Source: an uncultured Verrucomicrobiales bacterium
Lineage (GTDB): Bacteria > Verrucomicrobiota > Verrucomicrobiia > Limisphaerales > UBA1100
DNA length: 48,254 nucleotides
NCBI GenBank assembly: GCA_913041895.1
Contig: CAJWKQ010000003.1
Coordinates: 1-48,254, forward strand
Reading direction: 5' to 3'
The notes below the pieces were generated by a model. That model was not told the origin of the DNA. It worked only from the letters and a program-made list of their open reading frames with translations, and did not search any database. Below are positions 26,072 to 35,221 of this stretch, piece by piece. A program made the translations under genes and the position numbers. Every line of letters starts with the position of its first letter. The stretch's first letter is position 1.

Positions 26072-27817
26072 ATGCCTACAACCAGCGCACCATTAAAGAT
26101 TCCCCGCGTTGTGCCCCAGCAAAAGCTGCGGCAGCCCAAGGAGAATATTCCTCAAACCCGGGAAGAGAGGGAATTGATCCTACGTGAGGTGCGTCATTAT
26201 GTTGCCGAACAAACACTGGTCCCCCCCGTGCCACTGGAAGACCTTAAGGTACATGCAGATAAACTCGTAGTGGCGCTGGATACCAAAGAAGTTTACCGTG
26301 ATTACATTGGCATCCTCATTAACAACGAACTTTGGCGCGAAACACTTGCAGCAGTACCTTTTGAGCGCCGACTATTAATGGTGCCCAAATGTCTGCGTGT
26401 CGAAGCCAAGTGCCCAGCACCCTTCGATGAATTCGGATTACTCTGCAAAAGCTGTGGGCTCTGTAGTATTCAAGACTTAGAGTACGAAGCAGAGAAACTA
26501 GGGTATGCCGCATTGGTCGCTGAAGGAAGTGCCATCGTGATGAGCCTCATTCAAACCGGCAAGATTGATGCGATTGTCGGTGTGGCTTGTATTCCTGTTT
26601 TGGAACGTGCCTTTCCATACATGGAAGCAGCAGCTGTACCCGGAGTAGCAATCCCGCTCCTGCAGGATGACTGCATTGATACCACCGTGGATGAGGAATG
26701 GATCTGGGATTACATACATCTAACCAGTGATGACAAAACCCGCAGACTCGATCTAAGCCAATTACATGAAGAAGTAGAGACGTGGTTCACTCCGGAATCA
26801 CTCGAAAACATCATGGGCCAAAGTGAAGGGGATACTGAAGTAATTGCCCGGCAATGGCTGGCAAGATCAGGCAAACGCTGGCGACCTTTCCTTACCTCCG
26901 CCTCTTTTCAGGCGCTTCGTGGTGATGCAGATGAGCCGATCCCAGAAGACCTCAGAAAAGTGGCTGTTGCTATTGAATGTTTCCACAAGGCCTCGCTCAT
27001 TCATGATGACATTGAGGATGAAGATACCGAACGTTACGGCGAAAAGACTTTGCATGAGGAATACGGTATTGCTGTCGCATTAAACGTGGGCGATTTACTC
27101 ATAGGGGAAGGCTACCGGTTAATTGCTGAAACATCTGTCTCGGCCGAACAGCGCGCGGCCATGCTCAAGGTCGCAGCCGAAGGCCAAAGACATCTTTGCC
27201 GCGGACAAGGTGCTGAACTCATTTGGAAACGTAATCCCGAACCCCTCAAGTCTGTCGAGGTGCTTGATATTTTCAGGCAAAAAACCGCACCTGCATTTGA
27301 AGTCGCCCTGCAACTGGGCTGCATTTACGCCGATCTGGAAAAGTATGAAGACGTATCCGAGGTTTTGGGGCAGTACAGCGAGAATCTAGGGATCGCATAT
27401 CAGATTCGCGATGACCTATCGGATTTAGGCAGTGAAGGTGAAACCAACGATTTAGCCGGTTTTCGCCCCACACTGCTATTGGCCATAGCTCACGAAAAAG
27501 CCAAAGATGAGCAAAAAGGTCAGCTGGCACGAATTTGGCGAAGGCAAATTCCTGAAGACATCACTCTCAAGGAAATTGAAGAATGGTACCGTAACCTTAA
27601 AGCCGTAAAGCGCGCTGAGGACCTGCAGCTCACCTACAAAGAAATGGCTATTCGTTCGTTGACCGATCTGGAAAATGCTAACCTTAAAGGATTATTGCGG
27701 CGCGTGATTGGAAAAATTTTCAATGATACGGTGGTTAAAGGCTGGTGCAGTGAGGTGCAGCAAGTCAGTGAACTCGATAAGGTGCGTGAACGGCAGGCTC
27801 AAAAGGTTCAAGCCTAA
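26072..27817 (+). CDS. DUF116 domain-polyprenyl diphosphate synthase fusion
   Basis: N-half RRLLMVPKCLR...CPA...LCKSCGLC...EG...IVGVAC...IPLL.DDCIDT (DUF116 Cys pattern). C-half GKRWRP, FARM LIHDDIED, LNVGD, RGQ, KTA, SARM YQIRDDLSD. Confidence 0.85.
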   Translation: MPTTSAPLKIPRVVPQQKLRQPKENIPQTREERELILREVRHYVAEQTLVPPVPLEDLKVHADKLVVALDTKEVYRDYIGILINNELWRETLAAVPFERRLLMVPKCLRVEAKCPAPFDEFGLLCKSCGLCSIQDLEYEAEKLGYAALVAEGSAIVMSLIQTGKIDAIVGVACIPVLERAFPYMEAAAVPGVAIPLLQDDCIDTTVDEEWIWDYIHLTSDDKTRRLDLSQLHEEVETWFTPESLENIMGQSEGDTEVIARQWLARSGKRWRPFLTSASFQALRGDADEPIPEDLRKVAVAIECFHKASLIHDDIEDEDTERYGEKTLHEEYGIAVALNVGDLLIGEGYRLIAETSVSAEQRAAMLKVAAEGQRHLCRGQGAELIWKRNPEPLKSVEVLDIFRQKTAPAFEVALQLGCIYADLEKYEDVSEVLGQYSENLGIAYQIRDDLSDLGSEGETNDLAGFRPTLLLAIAHEKAKDEQKGQLARIWRRQIPEDITLKEIEEWYRNLKAVKRAEDLQLTYKEMAIRSLTDLENANLKGLLRRVIGKIFNDTVVKGWCSEVQQVSELDKVRERQAQKVQA

Positions 27818-27826
27818 CTCAATTTC

Positions 27827-28714
27827 ATGAGCCTCCGGCTGGAAATGCTGCAGGTAGCGCGTGTCGCGCCAAAAGCCCTTGAAGACGCTAGCGATTTGGT
27901 TCGGGACTTCCTTCTTTCCCAACAACATCCTGATGGCGGATTTTGTGATCGGGACGGAGAAAGTGACCTATACTATACCGTCTTTGGCCTGAATGCACTG
28001 GCCGCCTTTCAAGTAGAGCCGGAAAGGAATGCAGTGGAAAAATTCCTGCTGAAATTTGAGGAAGGAGAAGGATTGGATCTAGTCCACTTAAGTTGCCTTT
28101 GTCGCTGCTGGGGAACAATCGGCCAAAACCGTATGCCTAAGGGCCTTCGTAAGGCACTACTCAGCCGACTGGAAGCTTTTCGAAAACCCTGCGGGGGCTG
28201 GGACAATAATCCTGAGCGTGAACACGGCACGGCCTACGGCTCTTTCCTTGCCTTGGGCGCTTATCAGGATTTAGGCAAGCTCCCGCCCAAGCCACTGCGC
28301 ATATTACAAAGCCTGAAAGCCTTGGAGACACCCGATCACGCCTGGAATAATCACCCCAATCTTCCGGTAGGCTCCACCAATCCAACTGCCGGAGCAGTGG
28401 TCTTGCTAAACAACCTGCATTTACCCATTAATGATGAAGTGGGCAAATGGCTGAGGAATCAATTGCACCCTCAAGGCGGGTTTGTGGCAGTACCCGGAGC
28501 CCCTATGCCGGATTTACTAACGACAGCTACCGCACTCCATGCATTGGCTGCATTGGAAGTTCGCCTTACTGAAGAAGAAACAGAACGCTGCCTGGATTTC
28601 ATTGATACCCTTTGGGATGCCACCGGCGGTTTCCATGGCAACTGGACCGATGATTACCTTGATTGCGAATACACCTTCTATGGCCTACTTGCCTTGGGCC
28701 ATTTAAGTTTATAG
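27827..28714 (+). CDS. Prenyltransferase/squalene-oxidase repeat (alpha/alpha barrel) protein
   Basis: Repeats QQHPDGGF..SDLYYT.FGL, GGW, QLHPQGGF..PDLLTT, GGF.G...DCEYTFYGLLALG. No DxDD cyclase motif seen. Confidence 0.8.
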   Translation: MSLRLEMLQVARVAPKALEDASDLVRDFLLSQQHPDGGFCDRDGESDLYYTVFGLNALAAFQVEPERNAVEKFLLKFEEGEGLDLVHLSCLCRCWGTIGQNRMPKGLRKALLSRLEAFRKPCGGWDNNPEREHGTAYGSFLALGAYQDLGKLPPKPLRILQSLKALETPDHAWNNHPNLPVGSTNPTAGAVVLLNNLHLPINDEVGKWLRNQLHPQGGFVAVPGAPMPDLLTTATALHALAALEVRLTEEETERCLDFIDTLWDATGGFHGNWTDDYLDCEYTFYGLLALGHLSL

Positions 28715-28763
28715 TTTGAACCATTACCACAGCTGAAACAAATAAAAGTAGGCCCGCACAGCC

Positions 28764-30242
28764 TCAATCATTCTCCCTCGCCTCATAGAAGGCGTTAGCC
28801 AATAGCGTTACTAAAAGTGTAATCCCGCAACCGATGGCTGTATACCACGGCCAATGAATGACCTCCTTAAGCCCATACTTAATTGCGATCATGCTAATTA
28901 GGGATACGCCCATCCCGACCATGACCGGCACTCCTCGGCCTTGCTTTAGGGTCTGCGACAACAATACGCCGCCTAATAATCCTCCGCTAGTGAGTCCTAC
29001 CAAGCTAAAGGCCGCATCCATTACCGACTTCACCTCGCGACTGGCAAAAGCAACAACAATAAGCATGGCTCCCCAGAAAAGTGTCCAAGCGCGGCTGGTT
29101 TTTAGTTTGCTCTCATCACTCGCATCCTTTTTTGCCAAACCCAAATCCATAACTGTCACTGAGGAAAGCGCACTTAAAGCTGAACTGACTGAAGACATCG
29201 CAGCCGCAAAAATACCCACCAGTAATAATCCCTTCACCCCTACCGGAGCCTCAGCCAACATGAAGATGGGGAAGACATAATCGGTTTGTTTTTTGCCTAA
29301 TGAATTCTCAGGTATCTCTATGGGAATCGGTGTCTGCTGGTAATGAGCCCAAAGCAATACTCCCACCATTAAAAAAAGTAGCATCATGGGCAGAATCACC
29401 GCTGCGCAAAAGAGAAGGGCCTTTCGCCCATCGGCAACCGACCGACAAGCCAGCACACGCTGGGCTACCAACTGGTCAATCCCGTGAGTAAAGAGCACAA
29501 ATACACCGGCACCCAAAACACCCATCCAAATATTATACGGGGAGCCTAGGGCTAAATCTGTATTGAGCCATTCCAATTTACCACCTGCCCGCGCCAGTTC
29601 TATCGCTCCACCCCAACCTCCATCAATTAAGGTCGGAATATAGAAAAGGGCAAAGAGTCCGCCAGCCAGAAAGAGAAAGAACTGTACTGCATCAGTCCAG
29701 ACGACCGCCTTGAGCCCTCCTACGTATGTATAGATAAGTGATAAACCAACGAATAAGAGAATTGCCGGCAGCACCGGCCAATCGAGCATCAATTGCAAAG
29801 GAATGCAGGTCACAAATACTCGCACCCCAGCAGCCAACGTTCCTGCAATTAGAAAAAGAACCGCTGCCGTTTTATGAGCCCCGCTACCAAAGGCATTTCC
29901 TATAAGTGCATAAGGCGAATAAACTTCATTTCGGAAATAGAAGGGAACCATGACCACTGCCAATGCGACACGGCCAATTACATATCCAATCACCACCTGA
30001 ATAAACATCAGGTTTCCTCCATAAGCCATGGCCGGAACACCAATAAAGGTGAGCGCACTGGTTTCAGTAGCCACAATGGAGAAGGCCACCCCCCACCATG
30101 GCAAATCCCGACCGCCCAAAAAATAATCGCGGGTGGTTTTCTGGCCCTTCCCCAACCAAACCCCCAAGGCAATAATACCGGCCAGATAACTCCCAATCAC
30201 CATCCAATCGATGGAATGAAGGGAGGTGGCGGAAGCAAGCAT
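28764..30242 (-). CDS. Sodium:solute symporter (SSS family)
   Basis: DYFLGGR.LPWW, SIVATETSALTFIGVP, YTYVGGLKAVVWTDAVQ, DQLVAQRVLA, GIFAAAMSSVSS; about 13 TM segments. Confidence 0.92.
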   Translation of the reverse strand: MLASATSLHSIDWMVIGSYLAGIIALGVWLGKGQKTTRDYFLGGRDLPWWGVAFSIVATETSALTFIGVPAMAYGGNLMFIQVVIGYVIGRVALAVVMVPFYFRNEVYSPYALIGNAFGSGAHKTAAVLFLIAGTLAAGVRVFVTCIPLQLMLDWPVLPAILLFVGLSLIYTYVGGLKAVVWTDAVQFFLFLAGGLFALFYIPTLIDGGWGGAIELARAGGKLEWLNTDLALGSPYNIWMGVLGAGVFVLFTHGIDQLVAQRVLACRSVADGRKALLFCAAVILPMMLLFLMVGVLLWAHYQQTPIPIEIPENSLGKKQTDYVFPIFMLAEAPVGVKGLLLVGIFAAAMSSVSSALSALSSVTVMDLGLAKKDASDESKLKTSRAWTLFWGAMLIVVAFASREVKSVMDAAFSLVGLTSGGLLGGVLLSQTLKQGRGVPVMVGMGVSLISMIAIKYGLKEVIHWPWYTAIGCGITLLVTLLANAFYEAREND

Positions 30243-30301
30243 TTAGGCATTTTCGACCAGAAAAACAGCCTCGCAATCAAATCTCACTCACAGGATTGAG
30301 A

Positions 30302-30329
30302 TTGACCCTTGGCTTGTGGCAGCTATGGT
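30302..30329 (+). promoter_or_regulatory. Putative sigma70-type promoter of the Gfo/Idh/MocA gene
   Basis: TTGACC (30302-30307), 16 nt, TATGGT (30324-30329), in the divergent intergenic region. Confidence 0.4.
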
Positions 30330-30367
30330 TGCAAATTCCGTTTGATTAACTTGAACCAAAGTTTTTT

Positions 30368-31780
30368 ATGAGCACAAACAAGCAGACCAAATCCGGCGAA
30401 AACCGCCGGCAATTCCTGAAAAAGACCGGTACTGCCGCTGCCGCTGTTGCCGCACTGAAGGTGCCGGTGTACGGGGCCGGGCAAGCTCCCTCAGCCAATG
30501 TAAAAGGCGCTAACGAGAAAATCGTTGTGGGCTATATTGGTGTAGGTGGCCGAGGCTTTGGAGCACACGTTCGCCAAATGCGCCAAAATGCTGAGGATAA
30601 CAATATCGCACAGGCAGCGGTTTGCGATGTGTCCACTCACCGCGCTAAGAACGCCAAGAACTTCATTACCAAAAATTCAGAAGACAAGGTCGAAGCCTAT
30701 ACCGATTACCGGAAGGTAATTGAGCGTAAGGATATTGATGCCATTGTTTGCGCTACCGTAGACCACTGGCACACCAAGATCTGTATTGAGAGCATGGAAA
30801 GCGGTAAGGACATGTACGTCGAGAAGCCGATGACGCGTTATCTCGGTGAGGCTTTCGAGCTTTATGATGCCGTCAAGCGCACCAAGCGCAAAGTACAGGT
30901 GGGATCCCAGATTACCAGCTGCGGCAATTTTGCCAAGGCAGCTGAATTGATCGCTCAGGGTAAAATGGGGCCACTCGTCCTAGCTCAGGGCTCCTACATG
31001 CGCAATAACCCAAAGGGTGAATGGAACTATCGTCTACAGGACTGGGCCACCAAAGGCGACATCCAATGGACTACCGGTGGAGGCAAAATCGGTTGGCTGC
31101 GGGAAGACATGAAGCAGATTGACTTCAACGCCGACCACTACTTCCGCTGGCGCAAGTATCTTCCTTATTGTGCAGGCCTACTGGGCGACCTTGTTCCCCA
31201 TCGGCTGTTCCCGCTAATGCGCGCCACTGGCAACGCCGAGTTTCCAAGCCGCGTTGTATGCCTAGGCACCCGCAAGATTACTCCTGACCGCGATGTTAGC
31301 GATAACACCCAAGTGCTCGCTGAGTTCCCAAATGGAATGACGCTCATCGTCACCAGTTCTTCAGTCAATGAGCAAGGGCTTAACGAGACGATCCGTGGTC
31401 AATACGGCACGATGTATCTTAGCACCAATGGTTCGAGTCTTGAGTACAAACCTGAGCGTCCTTTCGCCGAAGAGTTTGACCCCGAGAGCTACACCAACCT
31501 CGAGCCTAGTGGCAACACCACCCCACAGCACCACAAAAACTGGCTGGATTGTATCCGCAGTGGCAAGGAGCCAGTGGCAGGCATCGACCTTGCCATGAAG
31601 GTTCAAGCGGTTATTTCGCTTGCCGAAATCTCCGACCGACGCGGCACCATGGCTCACTTCGATCCGAAAACCCGCAAGGTAACTGACGGAGCTGGAAACG
31701 AACTCAAGCCTTATGATTACGCCGAAGAGGCCAAGTTAAATCATGGCCCATACGGCCCGATTAAGGAAATCGGCGGCTAA
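30368..31780 (+). CDS. Gfo/Idh/MocA family oxidoreductase with Tat signal
   Basis: Twin-arginine NRRQFLK, Rossmann IGVGGRG, AVCDV, ATVDHWH, YVEKPM, QVGSQ, FRWRKY..Y..G..GDL..H. Confidence 0.92.
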   Translation: MSTNKQTKSGENRRQFLKKTGTAAAAVAALKVPVYGAGQAPSANVKGANEKIVVGYIGVGGRGFGAHVRQMRQNAEDNNIAQAAVCDVSTHRAKNAKNFITKNSEDKVEAYTDYRKVIERKDIDAIVCATVDHWHTKICIESMESGKDMYVEKPMTRYLGEAFELYDAVKRTKRKVQVGSQITSCGNFAKAAELIAQGKMGPLVLAQGSYMRNNPKGEWNYRLQDWATKGDIQWTTGGGKIGWLREDMKQIDFNADHYFRWRKYLPYCAGLLGDLVPHRLFPLMRATGNAEFPSRVVCLGTRKITPDRDVSDNTQVLAEFPNGMTLIVTSSSVNEQGLNETIRGQYGTMYLSTNGSSLEYKPERPFAEEFDPESYTNLEPSGNTTPQHHKNWLDCIRSGKEPVAGIDLAMKVQAVISLAEISDRRGTMAHFDPKTRKVTDGAGNELKPYDYAEEAKLNHGPYGPIKEIGG

Positions 31781-31798
31781 GCCAACTAAAGAATCACC

Positions 31799-31830
31799 GG
31801 CTCCGCAGGATATCCTGCGGAGCCTTTTTT
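31799..31830 (+). terminator. Rho-independent terminator after the Gfo/Idh/MocA gene
   Basis: Perfect 26-bp palindrome ggctccgcaggatatcctgcggagcc (31799-31824) followed by T6. Confidence 0.85.
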
Positions 31831-31839
31831 GTCTCATTC

Positions 31840-32703
31840 ATGAATGACACCGTAACCGTTGCCATCGAGGCCATGGCTACCCGATTTGAGGTTGCGCTGC
31901 ATGGCGCACCTGAGGCCATATTACGTGCTGCGGCGGAAGAGACGTTGGCAGAAGTTTCTCGACTTGAGGCCATGTTAAGCCTCTACCAACCCACCAGTGA
32001 AATTTCACACATCAACGCGCGAGGTGCGCACGAACCCGTCCCTGTATCGCCCGAAGTGTTTTTCCTTCTGCAAAGCTGTATTGAATTGAATGAACAAACC
32101 AAGGGAGCTTTTGATATTACTATTGCTCCACTCATGAAATGTTGGAGTTTCACGGACGAAACCGGTTCTGTGCCTACAGAAAAAGAAATCGAACAAGCCT
32201 GTGCGTTGGTTGGGATAAATCATTTAAAACTAAATACCTCTGACTGTACTGTGCGACTCAACCTTGAAGGCGTCATGCTTGATCTCGGTTCCATCGGAAA
32301 AGGTTATGCCTTGGAACAGGCGTCAAAATTATTACTTGAAAATGGATTTACCAATTTTCTCATCCACGGCGGCACCAGCACAGTGTGTGCTGCAGGCACG
32401 CAGGCAGATGGCACTCCATGGCGAATAGCCGTAGAACTTCAGGATAAACAGCACCCGCCATTACACATCGTAGATCTAGAAAACGAGTCTCTTTCTGTTT
32501 CCGGCATTGGCGGCAAGTCTTTCCTTGATGAAAAAGGTGTAGAGCAAGGTCACGTGATTGACCCGCGAACAGGCCGGCCCACTCAAGCCGCAAGCGTAGC
32601 TGCTGTTATTTGTGATTCTGCCACGCAAAGCGACGCTTGGGCGACTGCCTTGCTAGTAGAGCCAAGCCTGAAAACACCTGATGGATTGCGGGTTTTAACC
32701 TAA
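31840..32703 (+). CDS. apbE: FAD:protein FMN transferase (ApbE family), no signal peptide
   Basis: AMAT.F, SEISHIN, T.GAFDIT..PL..CW, LDLGSIGKGYA, PWRIAV, HVIDPRTG, SDAWATA. Confidence 0.88.
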   Translation: MNDTVTVAIEAMATRFEVALHGAPEAILRAAAEETLAEVSRLEAMLSLYQPTSEISHINARGAHEPVPVSPEVFFLLQSCIELNEQTKGAFDITIAPLMKCWSFTDETGSVPTEKEIEQACALVGINHLKLNTSDCTVRLNLEGVMLDLGSIGKGYALEQASKLLLENGFTNFLIHGGTSTVCAAGTQADGTPWRIAVELQDKQHPPLHIVDLENESLSVSGIGGKSFLDEKGVEQGHVIDPRTGRPTQAASVAAVICDSATQSDAWATALLVEPSLKTPDGLRVLT

Positions 32704-34718
32704 AAAGGATCTTCCCGGTAGGGATCGAAAGAACTCAGCTTCCACTCATCAATCAATTTATCTGGCAACTCAGAAAGGAACCGGGAGGGTTGTTGAATCA
32801 TGTCTTCACTTCCGCCACCAGCAACAGTCCGGATCATTGGGTAAGAAATATAAAGTTCATCTTTGGCACGAGTAATGGCCACGTAAAAAAGGCGCCTTTC
32901 CTCCTCCTCTCCTTCTACTGTATCTAATGAACGATTACTTGGAAACATTCCGTCACAAAGCATCACAACAAAGACAACTTTAAACTCCAAACCTTTCGCC
33001 TGATGGATGGTGGAGAGCCGCAATTTTTCCTGATCATCTTCTCCGCGATCCTGCTCAGCCTCAACGTTGGTCAACAATGCCAATTCAGCCAAAAAAGTCT
33101 CGAGGGTCTCATACTGGCGAGCAAATACTCCCAACTGTTCGATATCATCCAATCTCTGTGGCGCCTTATCATAATTTGACTCTACATACTCTGCATAACC
33201 GGCCTCCACAATTAGCTCAATCATTTGCCCCGCATCTCCAGCTACTGGTTCTGATTGAAGCTGTGACACTGTGGCAGAAAACTGAGCCCATGCTACTTTT
33301 GCTTTTTTCGGCACCGCAGCACATTGCTGCAGTACCTCGGCCAATTGTGTCGTATCCGTATATAAAGCAAGAAATTGATCCCACAACTTAAAGGCTGTCT
33401 TCCCTCCTATTCCCGGCAACATCAGCACCAAACGTTTGAAAGCCTGCTCATCACGTGGGTTAGCCAACCATTTTAAGTACGAAGTTACATCCTTGATGTG
33501 TGCCTGCTCAAAAAATCGGATGCCGCTAGTAATGGAGAAAGGGATATTTCGACGCGTAAACTCCAACTGCAATTCCAATGCATGAAAGTGCGATCGATAA
33601 AGCACCGCCATATCGTTTAGCTCCACACCCTCTTCACGCAGTTCCAGTGCACGCTGGGCAATAAAGGCCGCCTGTTCACCAGCCTCGCCACACACTGCCA
33701 AAACCGGCTTCTCTCCCGGGCCCCTAGATGCCGCTAATTTCTTTGCGAACTGCCTCGTGTTGGCTTCGATTGCTGCATTAGCAAGATTGAGGATCTCCGG
33801 AGTACTCCGGTAGTTTGTCTCGATCTTATAAACTTTTGCATCTGGATACCTCTCAGGAAACTCGATAATGTTTTCATAATTAGCCCCACGCCAGGAATAG
33901 ATACTTTGGGAATCATCCCCCACAACCATCACGTTTTTATAACGTTCTCCCAAAAGATCAATCAGCTCCGCCTGCAATTGATTGGTATCCTGATACTCAT
34001 CAACCAATACAAACTGAAAACGTTTCTGGTATAACTCACGCACCTCTGCGTACTCCTTCAATAGCTTCAGCCAAAGCACAAGCAGATCATCAAAATCCAT
34101 CAAGCCTTGAGCACGTTTGCGCTCCGAGTAACGTTGAACCACTCCTTCAATCTGGGAGGTAAGATGTTCGAACCATGGAAACCGCTCTTCAATCACCTCT
34201 CGTAAATCAATCTGCTTATTAACCGACAAAGATCCCATATCGGCCACCACTTCAGGCTTGGGAAAACGAGTTGCTTTCACATCAATCTCCGCCTCAGCAA
34301 TACAAGCGTTGATAAGCCCCTTAGTGTCCTCCCGGTCCTGAATCGTAAAGGAACGATTGAACCCTAACTCTTCAGCATGACGACGCAGCACCCGGTGTCC
34401 AATGGAATGGAAAGTACCTCCCCATAAATCACTCATGTCATGCCCAATCAAATCGGCAACTCGTCCCATCATTTCTTTAGCAGCCTTATTGGTAAAGGTA
34501 AGGAGAAGGATTCGGTTTGCCGGCACACCTTGTTCCAGCAGATAGGCCACACGATAAGTCAGGGTACGGGTTTTGCCTGAGCCTGCCCCGGCAATCACCA
34601 GAGCTGGGCCTGGCAATGCCGTCACCGCAGAGCGTTGTGCATCATTAAGCTCTGTCTCGTAATCGATCTGTAATTTGATCGAGTCACGGTAAGGTTGGAG
34701 GACATACTCCCTTGCCAC
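32700..34718 (-). CDS. UvrD/PcrA/Rep superfamily 1 DNA helicase
   Basis: LNDAQ, AGAGSGKT, LTFTNKAA, GTFHS, LVDEYQDTN, VGDDSQSIYSWRGA, NYRS, LYRS, STIHQAKGLEF, EERRLFYVAITRAK. Confidence 0.95.
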   Translation of the reverse strand: MAREYVLQPYRDSIKLQIDYETELNDAQRSAVTALPGPALVIAGAGSGKTRTLTYRVAYLLEQGVPANRILLLTFTNKAAKEMMGRVADLIGHDMSDLWGGTFHSIGHRVLRRHAEELGFNRSFTIQDREDTKGLINACIAEAEIDVKATRFPKPEVVADMGSLSVNKQIDLREVIEERFPWFEHLTSQIEGVVQRYSERKRAQGLMDFDDLLVLWLKLLKEYAEVRELYQKRFQFVLVDEYQDTNQLQAELIDLLGERYKNVMVVGDDSQSIYSWRGANYENIIEFPERYPDAKVYKIETNYRSTPEILNLANAAIEANTRQFAKKLAASRGPGEKPVLAVCGEAGEQAAFIAQRALELREEGVELNDMAVLYRSHFHALELQLEFTRRNIPFSITSGIRFFEQAHIKDVTSYLKWLANPRDEQAFKRLVLMLPGIGGKTAFKLWDQFLALYTDTTQLAEVLQQCAAVPKKAKVAWAQFSATVSQLQSEPVAGDAGQMIELIVEAGYAEYVESNYDKAPQRLDDIEQLGVFARQYETLETFLAELALLTNVEAEQDRGEDDQEKLRLSTIHQAKGLEFKVVFVVMLCDGMFPSNRSLDTVEGEEEERRLFYVAITRAKDELYISYPMIRTVAGGGSEDMIQQPSRFLSELPDKLIDEWKLSSFDPYREDPF

Positions 34719-34825
34719 CTCAGTACGCTATAGACTTCAAGCCAAAGGCTGAAGATTAAAAGACGTTGATAAGTTTTCGTGTCCAACTCGTTGCACTTGC
34801 GTAAATTTCAATCAGGGAGGAGATT

Positions 34826-35173
34826 GTGCGCCACCAAGGGGGTTCCAAATCAAGGGTACGTTGTCTAAGACTGGTACGTTTTGCTGATATCGAATTGCGG
34901 AATGCTACTGGTTTGGCATTAGACAACCCTTCATCAATCGACTTTTTTGACTGTCTGTCCTACTTCAAAAAGGAAAAGACTCCATTCACCGGTCGTGCAC
35001 AAGGTGTTGATCTTAGAGGGAATGTAATGGCTGAAGGATTCTTTGTGGAAGGACGACCGGAGGGGCGTTGGACGCGCTGGCATGACAATGGCTGCAAGCG
35101 AGAAGAGTTTCTGATTGCCAACGGTGAATGCTGCTATGTTCGTCACTGGGATGAAGGTGGCACCTCAATCTAG
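34826..35173 (+). CDS. Small hypothetical protein with a MORN-variant (YwqK-like) repeat
   Basis: PFTG...EGFFVEGRPEGRWTRWHDNG.KREE pattern; SD-like AGGGAGGAG just upstream of the GTG. Confidence 0.55.
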   Translation: MRHQGGSKSRVRCLRLVRFADIELRNATGLALDNPSSIDFFDCLSYFKKEKTPFTGRAQGVDLRGNVMAEGFFVEGRPEGRWTRWHDNGCKREEFLIANGECCYVRHWDEGGTSI

Positions 35174-35221
35174 GGGCAATTATCTCGACGCTTCCAATCT
35201 CATCCGTATCCTTCGGAGCCC

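Noticed and set aside
27827-28714. Squalene-hopene cyclase (shc) / hopanoid cluster
   Set aside because: About half the expected length, no DxDD motif, and no hpn genes in the window.
34826-35173. Antitoxin of a toxin-antitoxin or polymorphic-toxin pair (YwqK-like)
   Set aside because: Only a generic MORN-like repeat is visible, and there is no adjacent toxin gene.
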